NCBI GenBank assembly: GCA_038141665.1
Contig: JAYQIN010000002.1
Coordinates: 121,098-185,097, forward strand
Reading direction: 5' to 3'
Origin: Thiothrix sp.
GTDB taxonomy: Bacteria; Pseudomonadota; Gammaproteobacteria; Poriferisulfidales; GCA-002705445
Length of the DNA stretch: 64,000 bases
The notes under the pieces are model-generated. The model did no database searches. It had not been told where the DNA came from and worked only from the letters and a program-made list of their open reading frames with translations. The number at the start of each line of letters is the position of its first letter. The stretch's first letter is position 1. Below, in pieces: positions 21,263 to 33,100 of the stretch. Position numbers and translations under genes: made by a program.

Positions 21263-21352
21263 ATGAAATTTGATAGTGGAATCTTGCATTTTATACTTTT
21301 CTGGGGATTTTATGCTTTTCTAGCATATCTTGTTGTAAATCTTGTAAAGTAA
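21263..21352 (+). CDS. Putative 29-aa single-TM small protein (not in the ORF track)
   Basis: ATG..TAA reads MKFDSGILHFILFWGFYAFLAYLVVNLVK; AAGGA RBS 7 nt upstream; fills the ilvC-pssA gap. Confidence 0.6.
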   Translation: MKFDSGILHFILFWGFYAFLAYLVVNLVK

Positions 21353-21414
21353 TAGAATTTTTTTAATTACGCTAAGCATGTATTTGACATGTCTTGGCGT
21401 TTATTTTTATAAAT

Positions 21415-22173
21415 ATGATAAGAAATAAAATTTATTTAATACCAAATTTATTGACAACTGGGTCGGTACTATGTGGTTTTGTTTCCATTATATATTCTTT
21501 CGAAAGTAATCTAATTATTGCAGCAAACTTAATAATGGCCGCTTTTGTTCTTGATGGTTTAGACGGAAGAGTCGCTAGAATCACAAAAACAACAAGTGAT
21601 TTTGGTGCTCAGTATGACAGCTTATCCGATGTAGTTTCTTTTGGTGTTGCTCCTTCGGTATTTTTATATCAGTGGTTTTTAAAAGATGTAAACTTTTTAA
21701 TAAACTCTTGGTTAGAACTAGGGGTGATTATAGCTTCATTGTATTTAGTTTCAGTTCTTTTAAGGCTTGCTAGATTCAATATTTCAAAAAGCAATGATTT
21801 TTTTATAGGATTGCCATGCCCTCTTGGAGCAATTCTTGTAAGCTTATGCTTTATAATGACTAATAAATTCAATTTTGATGTGCTTTCTTTTAAAGAAATA
21901 TCTGTTTTATTTACAATATTGGTTTCTTTTTTAATGATTAGTAAATTCTCATACTTTAGTTTTAAAAATTTTGGAGATAAAGAAAAAATTAAATTTTATT
22001 GGTTATTTTTTATAATATTTTTATTAGTTATTACGTTAATAAATCCAACAATGGTTTTGCTTATTTTAACCATAATATATACTGTATCTGGGCCAGCTAT
22101 AAATTTATTAAGACAATTTAAAAAGAGAAAAGTTATATACGCTGATAAAAAAAGAGATGGTTATGAAAAGTAA
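21415..22173 (+). CDS. pssA: CDP-diacylglycerol--serine O-phosphatidyltransferase
   Basis: [43 protein letters not shown]. Confidence 0.95.
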   Translation: MIRNKIYLIPNLLTTGSVLCGFVSIIYSFESNLIIAANLIMAAFVLDGLDGRVARITKTTSDFGAQYDSLSDVVSFGVAPSVFLYQWFLKDVNFLINSWLELGVIIASLYLVSVLLRLARFNISKSNDFFIGLPCPLGAILVSLCFIMTNKFNFDVLSFKEISVLFTILVSFLMISKFSYFSFKNFGDKEKIKFYWLFFIIFLLVITLINPTMVLLILTIIYTVSGPAINLLRQFKKRKVIYADKKRDGYEK

Positions 22174-23713
22174 TCAAGATAAATTAGTTATATTTGATAC
22201 AACTCTAAGAGATGGCGAGCAAAGCCCTGGAGCGTCAATGACTGGCCCAGAAAAACTTCGCATTGCAAAGGTTTTAGAGAAATTAAATGTTGATGTAATT
22301 GAGGCAGGATTTCCTATTGCTAGCAAAGGTGATGCTGAAGCAGTTAATAATATAGCTTCTACTATCAAAGATAGCACAATTTGTGGTCTAGCTAGAGCAA
22401 TTAATAAAGATATTGATATAGCAGGAGAATCATTAAAGCCAGCCAATAGTTCAAGAATACATACTTTTATTGCTACTTCAGAAATACATATGCAGAAAAA
22501 ATTAAATATGAGTAAAGATGAAGTTACTGACCAAGCTATTAGAGCAATTAAAAGAATCCAGAAATATACTGATAATATTGAATTTTCTCCAGAGGACGCT
22601 GGTAGATCTGAGTTTGATTTTTTGTGTTCTATTATTGAGAAAGCTATAAAAGCTGGTGCTACAACAATAAATATCCCAGATACTGTTGGGTATTGCATAC
22701 CAGATGAGTATGGAAATTTGATAAAAAGACTAATTGAAAATATACCTAATTCAGATAAAGCCATATTTTCAACGCATTGCCAAAATGATTTAGGGCTTGC
22801 ATCTGCAAATTCACTTGCAGGTGTTATAAATGGGGCTAGGCAAGTAGAGTGCACTATTAATGGTTTAGGTGAAAGAGCTGGAAATGCATCACTCGAAGAA
22901 GTTGTAATGGCCGTAAAAACAAGACAAGATCTTTTTGAATGTAGCACACAAATCGTTTCGGATTATATTGTTCCTGCTTCAAAACTAGTATCTAGCATAA
23001 CGGGTTTTTCTGTTCAACCAAATAAGGCTATAGTAGGAGCAAATGCTTTTGCACATGAGTCAGGAATACATCAAGATGGTGTTTTAAAACACAGGGAGAC
23101 TTATGAAATAATGAAAGCAGAAGATGTTGGCTGGTTAAAAAATAAAATTGTTTTAGGAAAACATTCTGGTAGAAATGCGCTAAAGACCAGACTGTATGAA
23201 ATTGGATATGAGATAAAAAATACTGAGGAATTGAACACTCTATTTGAAAAATTTAAAGACCTCGCTGATATCAAACATGAAATTTATGATGATGATTTGC
23301 ATGCGTTAATTTCAAACACATCTAATGATGATAATTTGTCAAATTACAATTTAATAAGCATAAGATCAGTAAGTGATAGCAGCTCAGAACCTTACTCAGA
23401 AGTAGTTCTTGAAAAAAACGGTAAAAGCTTTAAAAGCGAATCAAGTGGTGGGGGACCAGTTGATGCGACATTTAAAGCAATAGAAAAAATTGTGAATAGT
23501 GATTCAAAGTTGCAGCTTTATTCTGTAAACAATATAACAGATGGAACAGATTCTCTTGGAGAAGTTACAGCAAGAATTGAAAAACAGGGAGCAATTGTTA
23601 ATGGTATAGGTTCTGATACAGACATTGTGATAGCATCTGCTAAAGCATATTTAGATGCAATTAATAAATTGAATAATAAAGCTGTAATTGTGCATCCACA
23701 AGATCATGGATAA
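22157..23713 (+). CDS. leuA: 2-isopropylmalate synthase
   Basis: [37 protein letters not shown]. Confidence 0.97.
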   Translation: MVMKSNQDKLVIFDTTLRDGEQSPGASMTGPEKLRIAKVLEKLNVDVIEAGFPIASKGDAEAVNNIASTIKDSTICGLARAINKDIDIAGESLKPANSSRIHTFIATSEIHMQKKLNMSKDEVTDQAIRAIKRIQKYTDNIEFSPEDAGRSEFDFLCSIIEKAIKAGATTINIPDTVGYCIPDEYGNLIKRLIENIPNSDKAIFSTHCQNDLGLASANSLAGVINGARQVECTINGLGERAGNASLEEVVMAVKTRQDLFECSTQIVSDYIVPASKLVSSITGFSVQPNKAIVGANAFAHESGIHQDGVLKHRETYEIMKAEDVGWLKNKIVLGKHSGRNALKTRLYEIGYEIKNTEELNTLFEKFKDLADIKHEIYDDDLHALISNTSNDDNLSNYNLISIRSVSDSSSEPYSEVVLEKNGKSFKSESSGGGPVDATFKAIEKIVNSDSKLQLYSVNNITDGTDSLGEVTARIEKQGAIVNGIGSDTDIVIASAKAYLDAINKLNNKAVIVHPQDHG

Positions 23714-24179
23714 CTCTGAACTCATTAAAAAAGCAAAAATGTTTAATATGCTAGGAATTGATCTTTGGATAAAAAAACCTAATTGTATTAATAAAGAATC
23801 TGAATTAAATAATAGTCTAAATCTTAAAAAATATATTATTGTTCAAGATTCCTTAAAAATAAAACATGAAAAAGTTCTTGAAAATTTCTTTAATGCTGTC
23901 AAAAAAATTGAAGAAGACATTAGTTTAAGTGTATTAAAAGATGTTACCATACTGGAAGCTATAGAAAAAAATACACCAGTAGATTTTAAAAATTTATATC
24001 TAATAGTATGTGATGAAAATTTTTTTAATTTAATACAAAATAAAGTTACAAAAGATCATATGATAATGAAAAAAAATAATACTTTTTTGTTTAATACATC
24101 TTTTGTATCAGATACTATCACAAGCGATATTAAAAAATTACTGTGGAGAGATTTTTTAAAAATAAAAGATTATGAGTAG
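23706..24179 (+). CDS. Divergent DNA polymerase III psi (HolD)-like or degenerate UDG-fold protein
   Basis: N-terminal LGIDLW (cf. psi LGITQW) and C-terminal KKLLW; directly upstream of rimI as in holD-rimI. Confidence 0.5.
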   Translation: MDNSELIKKAKMFNMLGIDLWIKKPNCINKESELNNSLNLKKYIIVQDSLKIKHEKVLENFFNAVKKIEEDISLSVLKDVTILEAIEKNTPVDFKNLYLIVCDENFFNLIQNKVTKDHMIMKKNNTFLFNTSFVSDTITSDIKKLLWRDFLKIKDYE

Positions 24180-24643
24180 TGTTCAAAAAAACCTAAATCC
24201 AAAATATATAAGCATGGATGTCCAGTCATGTTGAAAAAGTTTTAGATATAGAAAATAAATCATACGGGTACCCTTGGTCAGAAAAGATATTTCTAGACTG
24301 TTTAGAACATAAATATTTATGTAGAGTGCTTATTCTTGATGATGTTCTTATTGGTTATTTAATAGGCTCTATTGTTCAAGATGAATGCCACATTATGAAT
24401 TTATGTATTAAAAATGATTATAGAAGTTATGGCTATGGTAAATATTTATTAACAAGTCTGCACAATGAGATTAGAACTCTTAATTGTAAATTATTATTTC
24501 TAGAATGCAGACCAAGTAATAAATTGGCTCTGAATTTATATATGTCTGAAGGGTACAATGAAGTTGGCATTAGGAAAAACTATTATCCAGCTGCAAACGG
24601 TTATGAAGATGCTTTAATTCTTGCTAAAGATGTCAAAGAATAG
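24172..24643 (+). CDS. rimI: Ribosomal protein S18 alanine N-acetyltransferase (probable 1-nt frameshift near 24215)
   Basis: YPWS, HIMNLCI, LECRPSN..A..LY...GY..VGIRKNYY..EDA; out-of-frame upstream ATG at 24172 (MSSVQK...) gives a typical N-terminus. Confidence 0.9.
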
Positions 24644-24824
24644 TTTAAATCTTGCAAAAATAATTTTAAGTATTTTATCCAGTTTTATAGGTATACAGTC
24701 AAATAAAAATAGAGAACGAGATTTTTCGTCAAACAAACCTATAACTTTTATAATTACTGGAATTTTACTTACATTTTTTTTTATACTATCTCTATATTCA
24801 ATAGTAAATTATTTAATAGAATGA
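24630..24824 (+). CDS. DUF2970-like small membrane protein
   Basis: SILSSFIGIQSNKNRERDF..P..FIITG motif. Confidence 0.75.
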   Translation: MSKNSLNLAKIILSILSSFIGIQSNKNRERDFSSNKPITFIITGILLTFFFILSLYSIVNYLIE

Positions 24825-24832
24825 GTGATTTT

Positions 24833-27301
24833 TTAAACATTTTTTGTAATCTCAAATCCACAAATCTCACACCCACATGATTTTTTTTCAGCCTTAAATA
24901 TTGTTTTATTATTAACATAACTAGATATTTTTTCAGAAGCATCAAGAATAACTTTTCTTGCATCTGATAACTCATCGTAAGAGAAAGAAGTGCAATTTAA
25001 AGTATTTTTCGAAACATTAATTGTTAAATATTCAAAAATATTAACATCTGGATCTAATAATGTATAAAAAGGTAATTGCAACAAATCTCCATTAATTACA
25101 GAAGATTTTATCGGAACAAAAGAACCAGTTTTGTAATCCATTATGTGTTTTTTATCCTTTACAGAATATTTTAAATCAAATCTACCTTTTAATGTTATAC
25201 CATTACTTAGTGTCTTAGAAATTATTTTTTCAGAAGTAAAGTTATGCTTATATGAAAAATCATGATAAAAAAAATCGATAACTTTTGGTAATAAATTATG
25301 CCAAAGATTAACTTCAAACGGGTAAACTTCCTCAGAAAAAAACTTTTTTTGTCCGGTAATAGAAAAATCCTTTAGAGAATTAATAAGATCTTGTTTGTTA
25401 GAATTAATATTTATTTTTTTGAAGAAATTTTCAAGTACAAAGTGAACATAAGATCCAAAAAGCAAATTATTTTCTTCTATTGATGAAAAATTTAAATTTG
25501 GAGAATTTTTTTCTAAATAAAAGCAGTATAAGCAATGATTAAAATTTTCAATATCCTTATAGGAAATATTTAAAAATTTATTATTTAAGTGAAATTTTTC
25601 ACTTTTACTTTTTTCTTTTATAATTTTTGGTTCAATTAAACTTAAATTTAAATTTAAATTTTTATTTAAAAAGTGATCTAGATATATTTTAAATTTACTT
25701 TTTGTAAAAACCTCTTTCCCATTAGATGCATTATATGAAATAAATAAAGAGGAAGCGTTATCTGATAAGCTTACAAAATCCTCAATAAATTCATTTTGCT
25801 CAAGGCTTGAGTTAATAGATAACTCGTTATAAATAGTATTTTTTTTATTAAAATTATTAATTATTTTCTTAGGAAAATTTTTTGTTGACATAGAGCTTAC
25901 ATATATTTTGTCATAATAGGATAATAACGTATGTTTTATATCTGCATAATCTATATTACTATGCACTAGACTTTTAAAAGTCCTTGTTTCTAGATAATTT
26001 GTTAAAATCTTGTACCATTTTTCTAGTTTTAATTTTATATCTTTTGTTTTATTTATTTTTTCTAGGTAATTTATCGCTTGTATAAATTCTTTTCCAGCAT
26101 CATCATCTAAAATTATTTTATGAGACTTACAAATTTCTATTTTTTCTAATAAAAAATCTTTAAAATTTTTAAACTCTACTTCGTCACAAGTATTCTCAGT
26201 ATTAGAAAAGAATCTAAAACAATTTCTATCTATGCTATTAATAAAATTACTGACAGAAACTTCGATATTATTATTATGCTCTGTTAGAACATCCTTTAAA
26301 AATTTCTCCTTTTCTATTGAACTTACCTCTGAGTAAAAGAACGGAGAAGACACGATACTCTGCAAATTTATATAATTGTCTTTAATTACAAAATACTTAA
26401 AGATACTATCTATATAACAACACAATGAACTTGTAGATAGAAGCCATCCACTAAAATCATTATATTTTATTTTGTCTCTGTCTAATATTGCTCTTAATCT
26501 TCTAGAAAAATATCTGTCATTATTTATTAATGCAATATGAGCATTTTTATTTTTAGCTAAAGTTTTTTTTATATCGCTTGCAACATATTCTAATTCATCT
26601 TCTTGAGAATCAAAATCATATGACTTGTATTTATGTAAACCTTTTGGCGTGTAGTTAGGATCATAAATATCTTTATTATCCGATTTATAATAAAAATTTA
26701 CATTTTTCAATGAAATGCGCATCCACTCTTTTTCAATATTCTCATAATTATTATAATCCAATATATGATGCTGTATGTTTTTTGGGACAATAATTTTTGA
26801 ATTTAAAATTTTCAGATAGTTTCCAACATACGTTTCTAAATTCTCAGATTTTATTAACCAAACTTTTAGGATTTCATAAAATATTTTTGATTCATTCGAT
26901 TGTAAAAAAAATTTTTCTTTACCAAAAAAACTGTCAATATTAAAGTTTGATGACAACCATGTATCATTCTTTTCAAGAATTAATTTATTAAGTATAGAAA
27001 GGATATTTTCTATTTCATTTGTGAGATTATATTTTTCAAAAAAAGATTTGCTATTAACGACAGCATTTTCTAAGAATGAAGTATCAGAGATTTGTAATTC
27101 ATCTTTATTTCGATTATTTAATTTGAACACATAATCATTGATTTTAGCAATATAAACATTTTTTATATTATTTCTATTTAGAATTTCTTTAACATATATT
27201 TCAGATATATCCTCTGGCACTATAATTTTATTTTCTAAATTTTCATTTTTTTTAATATTTTCAATAATATTGTTGAGTAATATTTTATTTTTCATTATCA
27301 T
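24833..27301 (-). CDS. AddB/RexB-like protein with C-terminal PD-(D/E)XK nuclease
   Basis: QEDELEYVA, DRYFSRRLRAIL, DFSGWLLST, C-terminal CLYCFY, FGSYVH, GRFD, DYKTG, QLPFY, CxxC. Confidence 0.8.
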   Translation of the reverse strand: MIMKNKILLNNIIENIKKNENLENKIIVPEDISEIYVKEILNRNNIKNVYIAKINDYVFKLNNRNKDELQISDTSFLENAVVNSKSFFEKYNLTNEIENILSILNKLILEKNDTWLSSNFNIDSFFGKEKFFLQSNESKIFYEILKVWLIKSENLETYVGNYLKILNSKIIVPKNIQHHILDYNNYENIEKEWMRISLKNVNFYYKSDNKDIYDPNYTPKGLHKYKSYDFDSQEDELEYVASDIKKTLAKNKNAHIALINNDRYFSRRLRAILDRDKIKYNDFSGWLLSTSSLCCYIDSIFKYFVIKDNYINLQSIVSSPFFYSEVSSIEKEKFLKDVLTEHNNNIEVSVSNFINSIDRNCFRFFSNTENTCDEVEFKNFKDFLLEKIEICKSHKIILDDDAGKEFIQAINYLEKINKTKDIKLKLEKWYKILTNYLETRTFKSLVHSNIDYADIKHTLLSYYDKIYVSSMSTKNFPKKIINNFNKKNTIYNELSINSSLEQNEFIEDFVSLSDNASSLFISYNASNGKEVFTKSKFKIYLDHFLNKNLNLNLSLIEPKIIKEKSKSEKFHLNNKFLNISYKDIENFNHCLYCFYLEKNSPNLNFSSIEENNLLFGSYVHFVLENFFKKININSNKQDLINSLKDFSITGQKKFFSEEVYPFEVNLWHNLLPKVIDFFYHDFSYKHNFTSEKIISKTLSNGITLKGRFDLKYSVKDKKHIMDYKTGSFVPIKSSVINGDLLQLPFYTLLDPDVNIFEYLTINVSKNTLNCTSFSYDELSDARKVILDASEKISSYVNNKTIFKAEKKSCGCEICGFEITKNV

Positions 27302-27363
27302 TAAATTAGAATTCTTGGAACTTAGTCCAAGTTATCACAATATTGTAGAAATTATAATGAATT

Positions 27364-27765
27364 TTGAATATGACTGTTGTTAATTTTAAAGATTATAAAA
27401 AATCTCTGAATAAACCAAAGTATAGTTCTGAGCCTGAACCTGGAAAAAATCTATATAAGAAAAATCTTTTAGAAAAAATAGATTATTTTAACTCTCAAAT
27501 GGAAAGTTATATGGATAACCCTATAATTGAAAAGTGTGATTTTTCAATTGAAGGATGTGCTATTAAGTTTAGTTCAAGTGATTCAAATACCGAGGTAACA
27601 TTAATATTACAGGATTATTCACCAGACGAATTTGATTCTCTTTATGTTACATGGGAATTTTATATACATAACATTAGACACGATGAGTATTTAGACTCAC
27701 GTTTTTTTTCTAGAACAGATACAGCCATTAAATACTTTCTTTCTAAGGTAAAATACATGACATAA
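27364..27765 (+). CDS. Hypothetical protein
   Basis: 133-aa ORF with plausible composition; no recognised motif. Confidence 0.55.
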   Translation: MNMTVVNFKDYKKSLNKPKYSSEPEPGKNLYKKNLLEKIDYFNSQMESYMDNPIIEKCDFSIEGCAIKFSSSDSNTEVTLILQDYSPDEFDSLYVTWEFYIHNIRHDEYLDSRFFSRTDTAIKYFLSKVKYMT

Positions 27766-27844
27766 ATAATATTTATTACTATACTATAGTATAACTTATC
27801 TAAAAGTGTTAGTGTGGATGCAATTAAAATAAAACGGATAACAT

Positions 27845-28537
27845 ATGAAAAAAATTATAATATCAACTTTGGCTGCATTAATGCTGCTTGTAACTCACCC
27901 AGTAATGGCAAAAGAATTTTATATTGAAGGTTCACTTGGTCATTATGATATAGATGACGTTGATACAACTAGAGCAAGTGGTACTGCATCTGGAATCACA
28001 TTTACAAATTTAGGTGGTAGTTTAGAATATGATACCGACACTACATTTGGATTTGAAATTGGTGTTAAACTTAATGATAAAATTCGTATTGGCTTTTCAT
28101 ATGTTGATGCTAGCTTAGATTTTGAAGGTGCAACTGTCTCTGGTTCTGCAACTGACGGAACAACCACAATTAATGCTAGCGCTCGTGTAACACCAGCTAA
28201 TGCTTCGGCATTAGGCTTAACATTTTCAAATGATGCTGAAGTTATGATGATTAAAACTTATTATGATTACAATTCTTTTTAGTAATGGTCTAACACCATT
28301 TGTAGGTTTTGGTTTAGGTCAAGCTGATATAGACAATGCTACAGATGATGAAACAATAATTTCATTAACTGCTGGTGCAAGATATAATTTAAATGATAAA
28401 GCATATGTGATTTTTATTTTATTAAAATTTATGTTTTTAATTACATGGAAATAAATGGCCCAGATGACGAGCTAGGAATTCAATACGAAGATATTGAACT
28501 TACATCATTTGAAATAGTCGTCGGTACTTCATTCTAA
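27845..28537 (+). CDS. Outer-membrane beta-barrel protein (opacity/OmpA-like), interrupted by frameshifts near 28275 and 28420-28450
   Basis: Signal peptide, alternating beta-strand pattern, TPFVGFGLG, GARYNL, and C-terminal FEIVVGTSF* ending in Phe at 28537. Confidence 0.75.
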
Positions 28538-28568
28538 TTTATTTGGGACTCAATGAAGTGAGATAGAG

Positions 28569-28597
28569 AAAAGCCGCCTTAAAGAGCGGTTTTTTTT
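28569..28597. terminator. Bidirectional intrinsic terminator between the OMP gene and tmRNA
   Basis: AAAAGCCGC-cttaaaga-GCGGTTTTTTTT hairpin flanked by A and T tracts. Confidence 0.8.
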
Positions 28598-28682
28598 GAC
28601 TTACAATTTGGTCTTCCATTTGGTCTACCGCACCTCTTAGTAATTAAATAATAGTTACTAATCAATATGATAGAAGGGTGTA

Positions 28683-29036
28683 TGGTGGAGGCGGCGGGGA
28701 TTGAACCCGCGTCCGCAAATCCTCTACCTTTGGCACTACATGTTTAGCTTCGTTATCAAAATTCATGTAAAAAATGTAAACGAGCAGACATTAAATTACA
28801 CTATCCAATTGAGTTTCGCAGTTATTCTAATGGCGAGAATAAAGGCTATCTTGTGTTAAGCGACACCAAACGGAAATGCACAAGCACGTTTCTGAATGAT
28901 GACCAGCAGGATTAAGCTGCTAGTGCGTAGTTGTCTTCGTTTGCAACTATAAGTTTATAGCATTTTTAACGAGAATAGCTATATACTCGACATGCACCTA
29001 GGGTTTTGCAATCCACGTCGAATCCAGATCGCCCCC
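28683..29036 (-). ncRNA. ssrA: tmRNA
   Basis: Minus strand begins GGGGGCGATCTGGATTCGAC and ends GGGTTCAATCCCCGCCGCCTCCACCA; internal tag ORF (A)ANEDNYALAA*. Confidence 0.98.
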
Positions 29037-29125
29037 GAAACTTAATTATACTATACTGCTTATTAAGTTAAAATAGCGTGCGATTATAGGTTAAAGACAC
29101 CAAAACATCAAATATTTAAAAAAAT

Positions 29126-30000
29126 TTATAATCTTTTTCCTTTTGCAACTTCATCTTTTATTTCATCATTTGCATTTGATATTTGCTTTATTGCTCTATC
29201 TAGCGTTTCAGTTCTTGAAAGAATTTTTTCTAAAATAGCATTAAGTTGTTTTACAATTTTTTTATACTCGCCTATATCTCCATCCTCGTTAAATCGAAGG
29301 TATTGTTCTTCTAAAATATGTGCAATTAGAAATACATCTTTATAAGAGCAAATAAAAACATTACTTTTTTTACCTATTCCTATAAGCTCTGGCGCCATGT
29401 CAATTACTGAAGGGGGACAACTAAGATACAATTATCAATAGTATTAGGTTGATTTTGATACTTTTGAATATTTAAAATTTCTTTTGCAACTTTATCTCTA
29501 ATTTTTTTTGACAAAAGCTTTTGATCATTAATATCTTTTGTTTCTTCATATTCATTTACTAGCGAATTAATATCAGGGAGTTTTGAGTCTATTGGTATGT
29601 ATTTTCCATCACCCAAATTCCAAGCAAATTCCACATTTTTTGATCCTATCTTTAATTCCGTCTTAATAACGCCAGCTTTAATTGAATTATGTAGGGTTTC
29701 TTTTAGTATCGATTCCCCAACCATGCCTCTCGTTTTGGTCCCAGATATGGTTCTATTGAAAGAATCAATTGTATTACTCATATCTTTCAATTTAGCATCA
29801 CGCTTATCCTCAAGTTTTTCTCTTGTTTTTTCCATCTCGTTAAATATGCCTTTGATTTCTCCTTTCATTTCAGATATTTGGGAGGTAAGGCCAGATTCAT
29901 TGGATAAGTTAGATGATTTTTTTAGCTTTAATTTGCCAATAATATATCCCAGGGTGAGGCCCAATATTAAAACAAGCATTAACAGTATTATTTCAAGCAT
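29126..30000 (-). CDS. rmuC: RmuC family DNA recombination protein (frameshift near 29410-29430)
   Basis: N-terminal TM plus coiled coil, KTRGMVGE, IPIDSKLP, KYQNQPNTID..LVVP, continuing in the second ORF. Confidence 0.8.
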
Positions 30001-30161
30001 TTTTTTCCTATATTTATATATCAATGATATGCTCAATCAAACATATATAGAAGAAGAAATTTTTCAAATTAATATATTTTTTAAAGCTCTAAAAATATAA
30101 ATTCCTATAATTAAATGATATAGTTAAACCCATAATTCTATACAGGACTCTGTATTTCAAT

Positions 30162-33100
30162 ATGCTTATATTACGTGAAAATGAAATTTCAAAAACTCAG
30201 TTTAATCATAAGATTGATTCAAGGGTTTCTGAAAAATTAAAAATTTCTCCATATTTTTCAATGTTTTATATGTATTATCTCGACCTAGAGTCAAATTTTG
30301 ATGAGCAAGAATTTAGTATTGCAAAAAAATTATTAACGTCTAACAAGATTGACGATGACATAAAAAATTTAAAATATTTCCTTGTAACTCCAAGGCTTGG
30401 CGTAGAATCATCATGGGGTTCAAAAGCAAGGGATATTTTCCATGCAAGCGGTTTAACAAAGCTAAAAATAATTGAACAAGTAAAACTCTATATTTTTAAT
30501 GAGGATATTGATAACAATGTGCTCACTGACCCAGTATTTTACTCTGAATTCTATGACAAAATGACAGAATCTATATTCTTCAATATTGAGGATTATAATT
30601 TCTCTACTTCTGAGCCTAGAGAATTATCTGTGACCGATACTGAGATTTTGCCTTATATTGAAAAATGTAATAACGTCCTTGGTTTAGCTTTATCGTCAGA
30701 TGAAATCCAGTATTTAAATAACAACTACGGGAAGTTAAAAAGAAAACCTACAGATGTTGAGTTGATGATGTTCGCACAAGTTAATTCCGAACACTGTAGG
30801 CATAAAATATTTAATTCAACTTGGTTTATAGATGGTGAAAAACAAAATCAAACATTATTCAAATATATAAGATCCACAGAACCTGAAAAATCTAAATATA
30901 TAATTAAAGCATATTCTGATAATTCAGCTGTAATTAGTTCATTTAAAACAAATAAATTATTAATAAATAATGACAATTGTTATGTTTGCAAAGATGTTGA
31001 TACCCATACTGTAATTAAGGTAGAAACCCATAATCATCCTACAGCAATCTCACCATTTTCAGGAGCAGCTACGGGATCAGGCGGAGAAATTAGAGATGAA
31101 GCCGCAACAGGAAGAGGTTCTAAAACAAAAGCTGGCTTGTGTGGTTTTAATGTGTCTAATTTAAATATCCCTAATTTTATCCAATCATGGGAAAAGGATA
31201 TTAGTTTGTCATATCCTGACAGAATAGCATCTTCGTTAGAAATTATGATTGAGGGCCCGCTGGGCGCTTCTTCTTATAATAATGAGTTTGGAAGGCCTTG
31301 TCTTAACGGTTATTTTAGGACATATGAACAAAAAATATCAGAAGACTCTTACTATGGATACCATAAGCCTATAATGATTGCAGGTGGTTTTGGGACAATA
31401 GATCATAATAATTATAAAAAAATGGATATTGAAGATTCTGACCTTATTATTGTTCTGGGTGGTCCTTCAATGCTTGTTGGTTTAGGAGGCGGTGCAGCAT
31501 CATCAAAACATTCTTCAAAGGGCAACGAAGAATTAGATTTTGCTTCTGTGCAAAGAGAAAACGCTGAAATGCAAAGAAGATGTCAAGAAGTTATAGATAA
31601 ATGCTCTAACTCATTGAAAAACATAATAATATCAATACATGATGTTGGGGCTGGAGGATTGTCTAATGCTGTTCCAGAAATTGTAAACGATAGTCAAAAA
31701 GGGGCTATTATTGATATTAAAAATATTAGTTGTGCTGATAAAAGCCTTAGTCCACTAGAAATATGGTGTAATGAGTCTCAGGAACGCTATGTATTAGCAA
31801 TAAAAAAAGAAGATCTGCACATTTTTGACGATATTTGCGCAAAAGAAAACTGCCCATATTCAGCTATAGGGCATGCCACTGACGAGAAGAGATTTATTTT
31901 AAGAGATGAGAATAATCTTTACATTGATCTACCAATGGAAATGTTATTTGGGGAAAAGGGCGAGCAAAAAATAGAAGTAAATTCCAGTAATATTTCTGAA
32001 AATAGTTTTGATTATAGCGATTATTCCTTTGAGGACTGTTTATTAAAAGTTTTATCGCTTCCTGCAGTAGCTTCAAAACAATTTTTAATAACAATAGGAG
32101 ATAGATCAGTTGGGGGTCTAACTGTCCAAGACCAATTTATTGGCCCTTGGCAAGTTCCTGTTGCAGATTGCGCTATTACAGCTAATGATTTTTTATTTAA
32201 ATCTGGAGAGGTTATGTCAATGGGAGAAAAATCAACTATTGCAGTTCACAATCCAGTGTCTTCGGGAGAAATGGCAATTTGTGAGTCGATATTAAATTTA
32301 TGCTCATCTCCAGTTGGAAATATAGAAAAAATAGCTCTTTCGGCAAACTGGATGTCCAGTTTTGAAAATGATTTTGATCAATACAATCTTTTCAAAACAG
32401 CAGAATCAATAACATCCAATATATGCAACAAACTTGGTGTAACTATTCCAGTTGGAAAAGATTCTTTATCAATGAAAATGTCTTGGCCTGAAGGTAATAA
32501 AGAAATTAATGTTAAATCGCCTAACACACTTATCATAAGTGCATTTGCTAGCGTTGATAACTTAGAAAATATTGTTAAACCTATGTTTGTTAATGAGTAC
32601 GATACTTCAATACTGTTTGTTAGCTTGGCGGATGGAAAAACAAGAACTGGGGGTTCAGCACTTTCGCAAGTTTTGCAAACCAACGATTCAGAATGTCCAA
32701 AGGTTGAAAATATTAATAAATTTAAAAAATTCTTTGAGATAACTCAGGACTTAATAAAACAAAAGGAAATTTTATCTTATCATGATGTTTCAGATGGAGG
32801 ATTAATAGTAGCACTTTTAGAATCAGCTTTTGCAGGACATGTTGGTATAGATATCAACTATAATAAAAATATTATTGATCTTAATAATTTTATGTTTAAT
32901 GAAGAACTTGGTGTGGTTATGCAGGTTTCAAACAAACTTTTAGCGGAAATTCAAAAAAAATATTCCAATGCAAATATAGATTCTAATGTAATTGCTAAAA
33001 TAAATAACTCATATAAGTTAAAAATATATAACAATAAAAATATTATTTATGATAATTCTATAGAAAACCTCCACAAAGTCTGGCACCGAACCAGCTATGA

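Noticed and set aside
27364-29036. Prophage or integrative element at tmRNA
   Set aside because: No integrase, structural genes or duplicated ssrA 3' end visible; kept only as a possible relic islet
29597-30100. 167-aa plus-strand ORF upstream of purL
   Set aside because: Antisense to rmuC with no motifs
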